Positions 19,147 through 28,357 of a stretch of 64,000 bases of DNA are shown here, piece by piece. The DNA is taken from positions 10,535 through 74,534 of the IMG/VR virus record IMGVR_UViG_3300044641_003190. One strand, given 5' to 3'. A model generated the notes under the pieces. That model was not told where the DNA came from and ran no database searches. It worked only from the letters and a program-made list of their open reading frames with translations. The translations under genes were made by a program, and so were the position numbers. This stretch comes from a virus. The stretch's first letter is position 1; every line of letters starts with the position of its first letter.

Positions 19147-19346
19147 TAGACAAAGAAGTAACTGAAATTAAATATTCAAGTTTATTGGAGGACAGAGAAA
19201 ATATGTCCATTTGGGTTTCTGAATCCGAAGGAAGACTATGGGTTGAAATTATTGATGGTCAACTTTCTGCTATAAGATATAATGAAAACGGATCTATATT
19301 AATAAAAAATAACGATGAGGATGACTGGAGGGTAGAAAATGTCTAG
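19143..19346 (+). CDS. Hypothetical protein
   Basis: ATGA overlap, acidic. Confidence 0.5.
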   Translation: MIDKEVTEIKYSSLLEDRENMSIWVSESEGRLWVEIIDGQLSAIRYNENGSILIKNNDEDDWRVENV

Positions 19347-19728
19347 TTGGGCAGAGATTGATAATAACAATGTTGTTCTTAGAGTGCTTGTAGGAAATGA
19401 CAATCTACCAAATGAAGGTTACGACTGGTTTGTAGAAAACCTAGGAGGTACATGGATTAAGGCTTCATATAATACATTTAGAGGAGAACATAGACTGGGT
19501 GGAGTACCACTTAGAAAAAACTTTCCATCACCAGGGTATTTGTATATTGAAAATATAGATGCATTTGTTTTGCCAAAGCCTTATAACTCATGGAGTTTAA
19601 ATGAAGATACTGGCTCATGGGAATCACCAGTTCCACTTCCTGATGATGGTGGGGCATACATGTGGAATGAAGAATTACAAAATTGGGAATTAGAAGATAT
19701 ACAGTATGGAGAAGAAGATGGGCTATAG
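19339..19728 (+). CDS. Putative fibre-associated/assembly protein
   Basis: AEID.NN.V.RV.V ... W...SYN...RKN....Y....DAF..PKP..SW.L......W..P.P.P...Y.WNE...W pattern; this family typically follows Gly-rich fibre genes. Confidence 0.65.
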   Translation: MSSWAEIDNNNVVLRVLVGNDNLPNEGYDWFVENLGGTWIKASYNTFRGEHRLGGVPLRKNFPSPGYLYIENIDAFVLPKPYNSWSLNEDTGSWESPVPLPDDGGAYMWNEELQNWELEDIQYGEEDGL

Positions 19729-22165
19729 AGAAGTAATATTAGGACAAGACCCTGTATCTTTTTGGCCATTAGATGACCAGGTTTCTTCTGGGATTGCTAA
19801 AGAGGCATCTGGTGTTGGAAATGATGGGGCCTACGTAGGTTTAATCTTTGATAAAGCTATGCCACTAGTATCAAATGGATTGTATGGAACTAGATTGTTA
19901 GACTCTACTGCAGAAATATATTATCCATGCCCAGGCGCTACTGGATCAGGAACTTCATGGTCTAATGGAAGCATGTGGTCTGCGGGTAAAGAGTCACAAA
20001 CATTCTCCGTAGAGCTATATTTTAAACTTAATGAAAATGCCTCATACCTTAATAACGAGATAGTGCTGTTTGGAAATAGAACAATTGTGCAGTCATCCTC
20101 AATGTCACAGTATCAAACATACACAGACATCATAGAAGACTTTGCAACATATACTGCCGTTCTTAATGCTTTTCAGACATATGATCAAATATTAAATGCT
20201 AGTATATTTGCCCCATATGGAATTTACTTATACAAAAATAAAATATACTTTAGACCAGACCCAGAGGTTAACTATTATGTTTCTTATCAGGTTCCAGACT
20301 GGAACAGAAGATATCACGTTATCGCCAACTACTCACAGGGCGGAATTTCATTGATAGTTAATGGAGAGAATGTTGTTTCAAATACCACAGATGTGCTTGA
20401 TACAGACTTTTCCTTTTCTTTAACAAATTCAATATTTAAGACAATAGGTAGTGATGATTATAAGCTTACGGTAGATGCCGTTGCCTTGTATAAATATAAC
20501 ATTAGTCAAACACGGGCCCAGGATCACCTAGACCTTTCAAGAAGAACTGTAGTAAAAAGAAATTACTTTAACTCCAATAACCAGCTTTTTTACTCACCAA
20601 ATAATTCTGAATGTATGAAGGCGTATAGCTTTACAAACAACTGGACTAACTTTAGTTTTACAAATGCGATAGTAAATGAAAAAAATAACGTAACCCTAAA
20701 GTACATATCAGACCATACGATATCTGGAACAGGATCAGCCGTATACTCTACAAACTCTAGTAGGACTGGGCTATCACTTGGCTCAGATCAATATTTAGAC
20801 ATATCTCAAATAGTGGCACTCATAGAGCGTGGAACTGCTATATCAATGAGCTTTTTCCACTCCACGGTATCTCCTCAAAAAGGCCTCCTATCTCTAGAAA
20901 ATTCAGAATCTTCCCAGTCCCTATTTGCCTGGATTAATTCTTCTAATCAGTTAACAATAAATTATAACGGGTCTGCTACAGTATCTGGCACAGCACCAGT
21001 TTCTGGGTGGAACGAACTTTTAGTAGAAAACAAAACGGGGGACCTAAAGGTATACCTTAATGGAACATCAATATTTTCATCAATAACCAGTTTCAATAAC
21101 ATAACCCTTGCACATATAGGAAGAACAAACACCTTATATGCTCAATGCCCAATAACTTGGGTAGCAATAAAGTCTGATATTAACTATAATGGAATAGTTA
21201 GTCATGTTTTATACAATCAGCCATCGGACTACATATTAAAATTACAAAACAATTTATCATGGTCTCAGCATGCATCTGTAAATGGGTCCATATACGTCCC
21301 TGCAGCCCTGTATGAGGGTTCTTTAGCTTTCTACACAGGAAGTTCCCAAAACCTTTCCGTAACCTATAATAACGGCCTTGTATGGCCTAAGATGGGCATT
21401 CTGCCACAGATCACAAGCTCCGCTATCAATACCGTAACAGATTATGAAATCACTATTAGTTTATCTACTGATAATTCAGAAACAGATCTACCAATCTTAA
21501 CAAATATTGGACTTTATGCTTATTCAGATTCGATGAAGCGGGTCATTCCAGAAAATGGAGAAGACCTAGCGCAGATTATGAATATAGATCAATCTGTTAT
21601 TTTTGACGACGACGTAGAGGTATTAGACAGAATTGATCAAGCGGGTATATGGCTTAATGGAACTTCATATTTAAAGATACCGTCTCAATCAAAACACTCA
21701 GACTTAAATGGTTTTGACGGAACAAAGTCTATAACAATGATTTTAAAAATTAATGAAGCTCTAACTTCTGGAAAGTATATTTTAGAATCTGGTTCTAAAT
21801 CCCTTTATTGGGACGGAACGGCATGGCAGTACCCAGGATTTTCAGCTATGTATGTAAATGGACAGAGCACATTTGACAATAAGGCAATAATAGATGATTG
21901 GGTACACATATCTTTAACATCAACATCAAAAATAAACGCTGGAGAATATATTTATGTAGGGTCTGATGATGCTGGAGCAAATCAATTAAACATAACACTA
22001 GGAGCATTTTCAATGGCTGCCTATGTTTTAGACTCCGCAGATATTGAAAACGAGTACGAGATGTTTGTCGGATATCCACAAGAAGAGCTATTTACTGACA
22101 CTGTAAGCCTAAATTCAATAGATATTGGCCTTATCCCATACCAAGTAGCCTGGCAAACAGCCTAA
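19718..22165 (+). CDS. LamG/concanavalin-A-like domain virion protein
   Basis: Y...IL...P..FWPLDD..., FSVEL.F, L.VNG, D.VALY pattern of phage LamG proteins. Confidence 0.65.
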   Translation: MGYREVILGQDPVSFWPLDDQVSSGIAKEASGVGNDGAYVGLIFDKAMPLVSNGLYGTRLLDSTAEIYYPCPGATGSGTSWSNGSMWSAGKESQTFSVELYFKLNENASYLNNEIVLFGNRTIVQSSSMSQYQTYTDIIEDFATYTAVLNAFQTYDQILNASIFAPYGIYLYKNKIYFRPDPEVNYYVSYQVPDWNRRYHVIANYSQGGISLIVNGENVVSNTTDVLDTDFSFSLTNSIFKTIGSDDYKLTVDAVALYKYNISQTRAQDHLDLSRRTVVKRNYFNSNNQLFYSPNNSECMKAYSFTNNWTNFSFTNAIVNEKNNVTLKYISDHTISGTGSAVYSTNSSRTGLSLGSDQYLDISQIVALIERGTAISMSFFHSTVSPQKGLLSLENSESSQSLFAWINSSNQLTINYNGSATVSGTAPVSGWNELLVENKTGDLKVYLNGTSIFSSITSFNNITLAHIGRTNTLYAQCPITWVAIKSDINYNGIVSHVLYNQPSDYILKLQNNLSWSQHASVNGSIYVPAALYEGSLAFYTGSSQNLSVTYNNGLVWPKMGILPQITSSAINTVTDYEITISLSTDNSETDLPILTNIGLYAYSDSMKRVIPENGEDLAQIMNIDQSVIFDDDVEVLDRIDQAGIWLNGTSYLKIPSQSKHSDLNGFDGTKSITMILKINEALTSGKYILESGSKSLYWDGTAWQYPGFSAMYVNGQSTFDNKAIIDDWVHISLTSTSKINAGEYIYVGSDDAGANQLNITLGAFSMAAYVLDSADIENEYEMFVGYPQEELFTDTVSLNSIDIGLIPYQVAWQTA

Positions 22166-22190
22166 AACTACACAGTATGGTGTCATTTAC

Positions 22191-22219
22191 TGGCACTTAA
22201 TAGAAAAAGATGGTATTAT
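22191..22219 (+). promoter_or_regulatory. Promoter (TGGCAC-17-TGgTATTAT), leaderless, portal operon
   Basis: -10 lies 6 nt before ATG 22226. Confidence 0.55.
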
Positions 22220-22225
22220 AGGTTA

Positions 22226-22555
22226 ATGAAGAATTTAAAAACATCGGTAGTAGAAGAAACAACCCTAGGAGTTTTTGTCTGGGAAATGCCAGACGGTAGA
22301 TGGGTGGGAGACGACAACGGTAACTATTTATCAATACAAGGATTCAAGGGAGATAGAACAAGAGTTAATGTTTTGACAGAGGTTGTTAAAGGGTATGGAA
22401 TACATACTGGTAGCGCAAAGTTTTTATCTGGTCAAAGAAAAATTAATGATGAAGAATATCAGGAGCAAATACAAAGATTAAACTGGGGGCTTACTCCAGA
22501 TCCACTAGATATTGGTGAGTATAAAGATAGCTTAAAGAATTTGAGGAATGACTAA
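22226..22555 (+). CDS. Conserved hypothetical protein upstream of portal
   Basis: G..VW.MPDG.W..D..GN.LSI...EEY..Q..R...GL.PD..D; TAATG-coupled to portal. Confidence 0.75.
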   Translation: MKNLKTSVVEETTLGVFVWEMPDGRWVGDDNGNYLSIQGFKGDRTRVNVLTEVVKGYGIHTGSAKFLSGQRKINDEEYQEQIQRLNWGLTPDPLDIGEYKDSLKNLRND

Positions 22556-24123
22556 TGTCTGATGTAGTTGACGATTCAAAAGAAATCAATGCCGTAATCT
22601 CTGGAGATTTTTTCCAAGAGAGACCTTCAGAAACTACCACCGATCCCTTTGAGGCAAAAGCAGATGACATCTCAAAGTATAGAGGATTCTCTCCAAACTT
22701 TAAACGCAAGAACACAAGACTTTTACAAAAGTTTCAACGTGGCCAAGAGGGTGTTTCATCTAAAAGAAATGAAACAGAGCTTCTTATGGGGTACGACGTA
22801 TTAGACGTTGTAACACCTCCATATAACCAAGATTATTTAGCACAGATATATGAAATATCATCCCCACACTTTGCAGCAATAAATGCCAAGGCTTCTAACA
22901 TAGTTGGATTAGGTTACGAGTTTGTTGAAACCCGTGCAACCAAGGATAGAATTTCTGAACTTTCAGAAACACAAGAAAGCCTTTCAAGATTTAGAAAAAA
23001 ATTAGAAAGATTAAAAGAAGACCTAGCAGTTCAGTTAGAGTCTATGAACGAAGAAGATACCTTTACAGAAATTCTAAGCAGAGTGTATATTGACTATGAG
23101 GCTACTGGAAATGGGTATATTGAAATTGGTAGAAAAGTAAACGGAGAGATCGGATACATTGGTCATATTCCAGCAAGAACAATGCGTGTTCGTAAGCAGA
23201 GAGATGGCTTTGTTCAGATAGTATCCAACCTAGTTGTATTCTTTAGAAATTTTGGGGACTCAGAAACAGAGAATCCAATTGGAGATGACACAAGACCAAA
23301 TGAAGTTATACACATTAAAAAATACACGCCAAACAACTCATTTTATGGGGTTCCAGACGTAATCCCAGCAAAAACAGCATTAGCTGGAGACGAGTTTGCT
23401 TCAAGATTCAACCTAGACTACTTTGAAAATAAAGCAGTGCCTAGATATATTATTACAGTCAAGGGCGCAACCTTAAGTAGGGATGCAGAAAGAAAACTAT
23501 TAGAGTTTTTCCAAACAAACTTAAAGGGAAAGAATCATAGATCTTTATACATACCACTACCAGCGGATGACGAAGGTAATAAAGTAGAGTTTAAAATGGA
23601 AGCCGTAGAGTCTGGTGTACAGGATTCATCATTTAATAATTATAGAAAAATGAACAGAGATGAAATTCTAATTGCACACAGAGTTCCAGTATCAAAGATA
23701 GGACTGCCAGAAGGCGTGTCACTTGCCGCTGCTAAGGATGCAGATAAAACATTTAAAGAGCAGGTTGCAAGACCAGCACAAAGAAATCTAGAGAAAAAAA
23801 TAAATAGATTAATCGGCGAGCTTACCGACGCTTTTGTTTTAAAGTTTAATGAACTAACTTTAACTGATGAGGATACCCAATCAAAGATTGATGAAAGGTA
23901 CCTGAGAATGAAGGTCATTGTTCCAAATGAAGTTCGTGCTAGACTTGGTATGGCTGGAAGATCTGGTGGCGATGACCCAGTTCAGTTAACTGGACAACAG
24001 GCTGCTGATCAAACAGCGAGGGCTACTGCTAATCGTAATAGAGATCAACAGAGAACAGCAAATGCAACTGATTCAAACGATGGTGCAAGAAATCCTCAAG
24101 GTGAAGGGCGTAATACGCCCTGA
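22555..24123 (+). CDS. Portal protein
   Basis: TGNGY.E..R..G......HIP...MR, NEVIH.K, FYGVP, F.N.A.P, I...HRVP, PNEVR..LG; head-module position. Confidence 0.93.
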   Translation: MSDVVDDSKEINAVISGDFFQERPSETTTDPFEAKADDISKYRGFSPNFKRKNTRLLQKFQRGQEGVSSKRNETELLMGYDVLDVVTPPYNQDYLAQIYEISSPHFAAINAKASNIVGLGYEFVETRATKDRISELSETQESLSRFRKKLERLKEDLAVQLESMNEEDTFTEILSRVYIDYEATGNGYIEIGRKVNGEIGYIGHIPARTMRVRKQRDGFVQIVSNLVVFFRNFGDSETENPIGDDTRPNEVIHIKKYTPNNSFYGVPDVIPAKTALAGDEFASRFNLDYFENKAVPRYIITVKGATLSRDAERKLLEFFQTNLKGKNHRSLYIPLPADDEGNKVEFKMEAVESGVQDSSFNNYRKMNRDEILIAHRVPVSKIGLPEGVSLAAAKDADKTFKEQVARPAQRNLEKKINRLIGELTDAFVLKFNELTLTDEDTQSKIDERYLRMKVIVPNEVRARLGMAGRSGGDDPVQLTGQQAADQTARATANRNRDQQRTANATDSNDGARNPQGEGRNTP

Positions 24124-24125
24124 TT

Positions 24126-24154
24126 TTGTATTTTCATAAAAACGTTGCTAAAAT
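24126..24154 (+). promoter_or_regulatory. Promoter TTGTAT-17-(TGc)TAAAAT
   Basis: Upstream of the protease gene. Confidence 0.6.
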
Positions 24155-24163
24155 AGGTACACC

Positions 24164-25474
24164 ATGGAAATAAAAAAAGCTAATTGGTATTCAGACGGAG
24201 ACTCATTAAAACTCTCCATGCCTATCGCAAAGGTAGACAAAGAACGCAGAATCGTATCTGGATTCGCCACCCTTGATAATATAGATCAACACGGGGACAT
24301 AGTTTCATCAGAGGCATCAACAAAAGCATTTGAAAGATTTCGTGGAAATATTCGTGAGATGCACCAACCACTCGCTGTTGGTAAAATGGTCTCATTTAGA
24401 AAAGAAACAGTATTCGATAAGCAAAGCGGAAAAGAGCATAACGGAGTATTCGTAAACGTTTATGTATCTAAGGGCGCACAAGACACATGGGAAAAAGTAT
24501 TAGACGGAACACTATCTGGATTTTCAATTGGTGGAAACGTTAAAGAGGCAAAAAATGAATTTGTTGCAGAGCTAGAAAAAACAGTCCGCATTATTAAGGA
24601 CTACGATCTAACAGAGTTATCACTTGTAGACAACCCAGCAAACCAATTATCAAATGTATTATCAATTCAAAAAACATCAGACGGAAACGTTTATAAAGGA
24701 ATTGCAACAGACGTAAAGGTAGAGAATGTTTTTTATGATAAAGAAAACGACTCAATATTCCTATCGACAGAATCAGAATTTAAATCACCAACATCAGAAA
24801 ACAACTTAGAACTAATAGGTTGGGTAGAAACAAATGACGCTAATAAATCTTTAGAGATAACAAGAATTCTTGAGGCCTATAAAACTTCAAGAGCAGTTTT
24901 GCCTGAGAGCATTGTTGAAAAACAATCTGGGCAAAATAATGAAACTACCGAAGGAGGTGTTACTGTGGCAGAAACTACAACAGTAGAAGATACCAATATA
25001 GAAGCAGTAGCCGAAGTTGAAGAAGTAACAGAAGCGGAGCTTGCTAAATCAGCTGATGCAGAGGAAGCACCAGCAGTAGAAGCAGCAGAAGCTCCAGCAG
25101 TAGAAGAGCCTGCAGCAGTAGAAGAGGCCGCTAACATTTCTGAAGTTGAAGTTGAAGAAACTGATTTTGCAAAAATGTTGGACAATATGAAAGCATTCTT
25201 CTCAGCAGAGATAACAAAAACAGCAACCGCACAGGCAGTGTCAAACTTGTCTACAAAGGTTGATGAAAAAATTGCTGAAATTACAAATAAGTATAATGAG
25301 CTTGAACAAGCAGTTAGCAATATAAAATCACACATCTCTAGCGTTGAAAAACGTATTGATGGAGTTGAAAGTGATACAGCAATAAAAAAGTCTTCTGATC
25401 TGGACGGGTCAGATGTTAAAATAACAAAAAGTACGTGGGGCGGGCATTTCCTCAGCGTCCGTAACATTGACTAA
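24164..25474 (+). CDS. HK97-type prohead protease fused to a scaffold domain
   Basis: R.VSGFAT...D..GD, EMHQ...VGK, G.L.GFSIGG, ELSLVD.PAN; acidic coiled-coil C-terminus. Confidence 0.9.
   Translation: MEIKKANWYSDGDSLKLSMPIAKVDKERRIVSGFATLDNIDQHGDIVSSEASTKAFERFRGNIREMHQPLAVGKMVSFRKETVFDKQSGKEHNGVFVNVYVSKGAQDTWEKVLDGTLSGFSIGGNVKEAKNEFVAELEKTVRIIKDYDLTELSLVDNPANQLSNVLSIQKTSDGNVYKGIATDVKVENVFYDKENDSIFLSTESEFKSPTSENNLELIGWVETNDANKSLEITRILEAYKTSRAVLPESIVEKQSGQNNETTEGGVTVAETTTVEDTNIEAVAEVEEVTEAELAKSADAEEAPAVEAAEAPAVEEPAAVEEAANISEVEVEETDFAKMLDNMKAFFSAEITKTATAQAVSNLSTKVDEKIAEITNKYNELEQAVSNIKSHISSVEKRIDGVESDTAIKKSSDLDGSDVKITKSTWGGHFLSVRNID
24965..25474 (+). CDS. Nested in-frame scaffolding protein (internal GTG start)
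   Basis: AAGGAGGT at 24951-24958, 6 nt before an in-frame GTG at the start of the acidic/coiled-coil region. Confidence 0.65.
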   Translation: MAETTTVEDTNIEAVAEVEEVTEAELAKSADAEEAPAVEAAEAPAVEEPAAVEEAANISEVEVEETDFAKMLDNMKAFFSAEITKTATAQAVSNLSTKVDEKIAEITNKYNELEQAVSNIKSHISSVEKRIDGVESDTAIKKSSDLDGSDVKITKSTWGGHFLSVRNID

Positions 25475-25510
25475 TAAAATCTATAAAAAAGATGGAGGTG
25501 AAATAAAATA

Positions 25511-26497
25511 ATGAGCGATATCCTACAAAAAGTAGTAGATACAACAGACGTTGGAGCAGGTGGCGGAGGTTTGCTAACAAAAGAGCAATCTAACCGTTTC
25601 ATCGACTACATGTTTGATGCAACAATACTTGCCCGTGCAGCCAGAACTATTCGTATGAGTTCAAACACCGCTGATATTGACAAGGTCGGTGTTGGTACAA
25701 GATTGATGACAGTTGCAACTGAGTCTACAGACACAGCTACAAATGCAGCAGTTACATTCACAAAGATTTCTTTAACAACAAAGAAACTACGTCTTGACTG
25801 GGAACTTTCAAGCGAAGCACTAGAAGATAATATCGAAGGTGCTGATCTTGAAGATCACATTGCACGTCTGATGGCAACACAGGCTGGAAACGACATCGAA
25901 GATCTTTTGATCAACGGTCTCGGAACTGGTTCTGGTTTGATGTCAGCATTCGCAGGTTTCCGTTCGCTAGCACTTTCAAGTGCTAACGTCGTAAACGCTG
26001 GTGGTGCAGTAATCAGCAAGGCAGTATTCAATAGCGCAATCAAGGCATTACCACGTAAGTACAAGCAACGTCGTAATGAGTTAAGATTCTTCACAGGTTC
26101 AAACCTAGTGCAAGATTATCTATACAACCTAACAACAATTGGCGCAGGAGGAACTCCAGAAGACATTGCATCGTCAATTCTTCGTGGAAATCCTAACGGT
26201 CCAGCTGGTGCTCCAGGTGGCGTAGTTCCATTCGCATTTGGTATACCAGTAGTTGAGGTACCACTAATCGATGAAACTCGTGCTGGTGATTACTCAGGTG
26301 CAACAGGAATACACGGAGACATTCACTTGTCTTTCGCTAACAACTTTGTTGTTGGTGTAAAGCGTGAAATTCAGGTTTACCGTGAATTCAAGCCAAAGAA
26401 GGACACAATTGAATATACCATGTTCATCAGAACAGGTTGTGCAATTGAGAATCCAGAGGCTTTTGTTGTGGTTAAGAACGTAAAAGTTTCTTCATAA
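25511..26497 (+). CDS. Major capsid protein (HK97 fold)
   Basis: GGLL..EQ..RF.D, L.TKKL......S.E.LEDNIE, D.EDL.ING; strong GGAGGTG RBS; position after protease. Confidence 0.93.
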   Translation: MSDILQKVVDTTDVGAGGGGLLTKEQSNRFIDYMFDATILARAARTIRMSSNTADIDKVGVGTRLMTVATESTDTATNAAVTFTKISLTTKKLRLDWELSSEALEDNIEGADLEDHIARLMATQAGNDIEDLLINGLGTGSGLMSAFAGFRSLALSSANVVNAGGAVISKAVFNSAIKALPRKYKQRRNELRFFTGSNLVQDYLYNLTTIGAGGTPEDIASSILRGNPNGPAGAPGGVVPFAFGIPVVEVPLIDETRAGDYSGATGIHGDIHLSFANNFVVGVKREIQVYREFKPKKDTIEYTMFIRTGCAIENPEAFVVVKNVKVSS

Positions 26498-26524
26498 CAA
26501 CCCTTAAAAACTAAATAGTCTACT

Positions 26525-26549
26525 GGGGGGCCCGAAAGGGCTCCCCTTT
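26525..26549 (+). terminator. Intrinsic terminator after MCP
   Basis: GGGGGGCCC-GAAA-GGGCTCCCC-TTT. Confidence 0.8.
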
Positions 26550-26561
26550 AGTCATTTTTGG

Positions 26562-26570
26562 TGCTATAAT
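26562..26570 (+). promoter_or_regulatory. Extended -10 promoter TGcTATAAT
   Basis: Consensus, directly after the terminator, with GAGGAG RBS downstream. Confidence 0.6.
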
Positions 26571-26598
26571 TAGTAAAGAAAAGACGAGAGGAGAATTA

Positions 26599-26991
26599 AT
26601 GTCTTTCAATAATCTGAGGCTCGAGGAGCTTCAAAAGGTAGCAGAAACCTTCGCCGTAGATCACCAAACTGCAAATAATAAAGCCGACCTAATTGCACTT
26701 CTTACTGAAGAGGGCATAAGCTTTGAAATGTATGAAAAGTTTTCAAATGCTGATAAGGTTGATCCAGAGCTTTCGCCTGGAGTAGTAAAGACTGCCCCAG
26801 AAGCCCCAACGGATGGTCAAGTTTTAGTAAAAATGGAGCGAATGAATCCTAGATACGATGTTAATGAGTTTACCTTTACAAAGGAAAATCCATTTATTGT
26901 TATGTCTGAACCAAAAGCCCAAGAAATTTTTGATAGCCAAGAAGGATTCAGACTGGCTACACCCAAGGAGGTTCAGGAGTTTTATTCCTGA
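26599..26991 (+). CDS. Head-completion region protein with a HeH/Rho-N-like N-terminus
   Basis: L..EELQK.A.......KADLIA.L; C-terminal FRLATP.E..EFY. Confidence 0.6.
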   Translation: MSFNNLRLEELQKVAETFAVDHQTANNKADLIALLTEEGISFEMYEKFSNADKVDPELSPGVVKTAPEAPTDGQVLVKMERMNPRYDVNEFTFTKENPFIVMSEPKAQEIFDSQEGFRLATPKEVQEFYS

Positions 26992-26996
26992 TTTAA

Positions 26997-27926
26997 ATGG
27001 AGTTATACACAGGTCTGACCCAAAAAATATACTTAGACGTATATGAAGATGGTGAGTTAAGCGCAACAGATTCAAACCCGATAGTAACGATATATGACGG
27101 GGTCACTGATGTACAGATATTTAACGCATTTGCACTACCAGAGCTAGATGATGACGGTCACTATGGATTCTCTATTCTGGATAACCACCTGCTAGTAGAT
27201 AAAACAATCAAGGCAGTTTGGTCATATGCTGTTGGTGGCAATACAATGCAAACTATTGATTACTACAATGTGGTAACTCCATATATTTCAATTTCAGAAG
27301 CCTACACAAAGCTACATATTGGTCGTGAAGTAGGAGACTCTAACTATAAGCCATTCCATGAAATGGCAGAGGCAGAGAGATTTGCCAGATTTATGATAGA
27401 GAATTACACAGGTAATAAGTTTGGAAAGTATAGCGGATCTATTACAGCATACGGACAAGATTCAGACGTACTGTATCTGGGAGAAAGAATAACATCATTT
27501 AGCCAATTAAAAGAAAATAATAAAGTTGTAGTAAATACGGCAAGTAATATAAACGTATTTGGATATCCAATAGAAATTACAGAAACAAATCACTCTATAC
27601 GAATATATTCAACAAACGATATTTCAGAGGGTGGACAAAAAGACCTAGTATACCCATCAAAAGGTAGCTTTTTAAATGGATATAAGTACGATATTACTGG
27701 CGTATTTGGCTGGAAGTCTGTTCCAGAAAAAGTCCAATTAGCAGCGCTAATGCTAATGAAAGATTACTTTGGTAAAGATAATATCTGGAGGGCTAGATAT
27801 GTTCAAAATATATCTTTCGGAGATACCGATATTCAGTTATCAAAACTAGCATTTAGAGGAACAGGCAATTTTTACGTGGACAAACTACTTGACGAGTACA
27901 AGTCTACAAGCATGGCGGTAATATAA
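26997..27926 (+). CDS. Head-tail adaptor/connector
   Basis: AE..AR..IE.YT...F, G.FGW..VP..V..AA..L..D, TGN..VD.LL..Y. Confidence 0.75.
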   Translation: MELYTGLTQKIYLDVYEDGELSATDSNPIVTIYDGVTDVQIFNAFALPELDDDGHYGFSILDNHLLVDKTIKAVWSYAVGGNTMQTIDYYNVVTPYISISEAYTKLHIGREVGDSNYKPFHEMAEAERFARFMIENYTGNKFGKYSGSITAYGQDSDVLYLGERITSFSQLKENNKVVVNTASNINVFGYPIEITETNHSIRIYSTNDISEGGQKDLVYPSKGSFLNGYKYDITGVFGWKSVPEKVQLAALMLMKDYFGKDNIWRARYVQNISFGDTDIQLSKLAFRGTGNFYVDKLLDEYKSTSMAVI

Positions 27927-28357
27927 TGATAGGATATTTTGCTGTAGAGGCTAAATATGCTATGAAGTTAGATGTCTATCGTGTACAGATTTCGCAAGAC
28001 CCAAATAGCGGAGAGATAAGAAGGCAATGGGCTTACACAGAAACACTACCATGCCTAGCAAAATCTATAATTTCTACTGGAGTTAGAAGTCCATCAAACG
28101 ACAGGACTATAGATTCTAGATATATGGTTGAAGAAATAATAAAGGTTAATACTTTATCTAAGCTACCAAGAAATGCAAAAATAAGTAATGTAAGAGATTT
28201 AGACGATAATGTTATTTGGGAAGAGGCAGAGATATCTGGAAGTCCTGCAACCATATTTGAGATAGTTGGATCAACTCCGATTATAGATGGATTTGGTCAG
28301 ACGCTAGAGTATGAAAGTACTTTACAGAGGAGTGATATTCAGAATGCCCTCACTTAG
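27926..28357 (+). CDS. Head-tail stopper/closure protein
   Basis: Synteny; QD.NSG...R.W motif. Confidence 0.6.
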   Translation: MIGYFAVEAKYAMKLDVYRVQISQDPNSGEIRRQWAYTETLPCLAKSIISTGVRSPSNDRTIDSRYMVEEIIKVNTLSKLPRNAKISNVRDLDDNVIWEEAEISGSPATIFEIVGSTPIIDGFGQTLEYESTLQRSDIQNALT

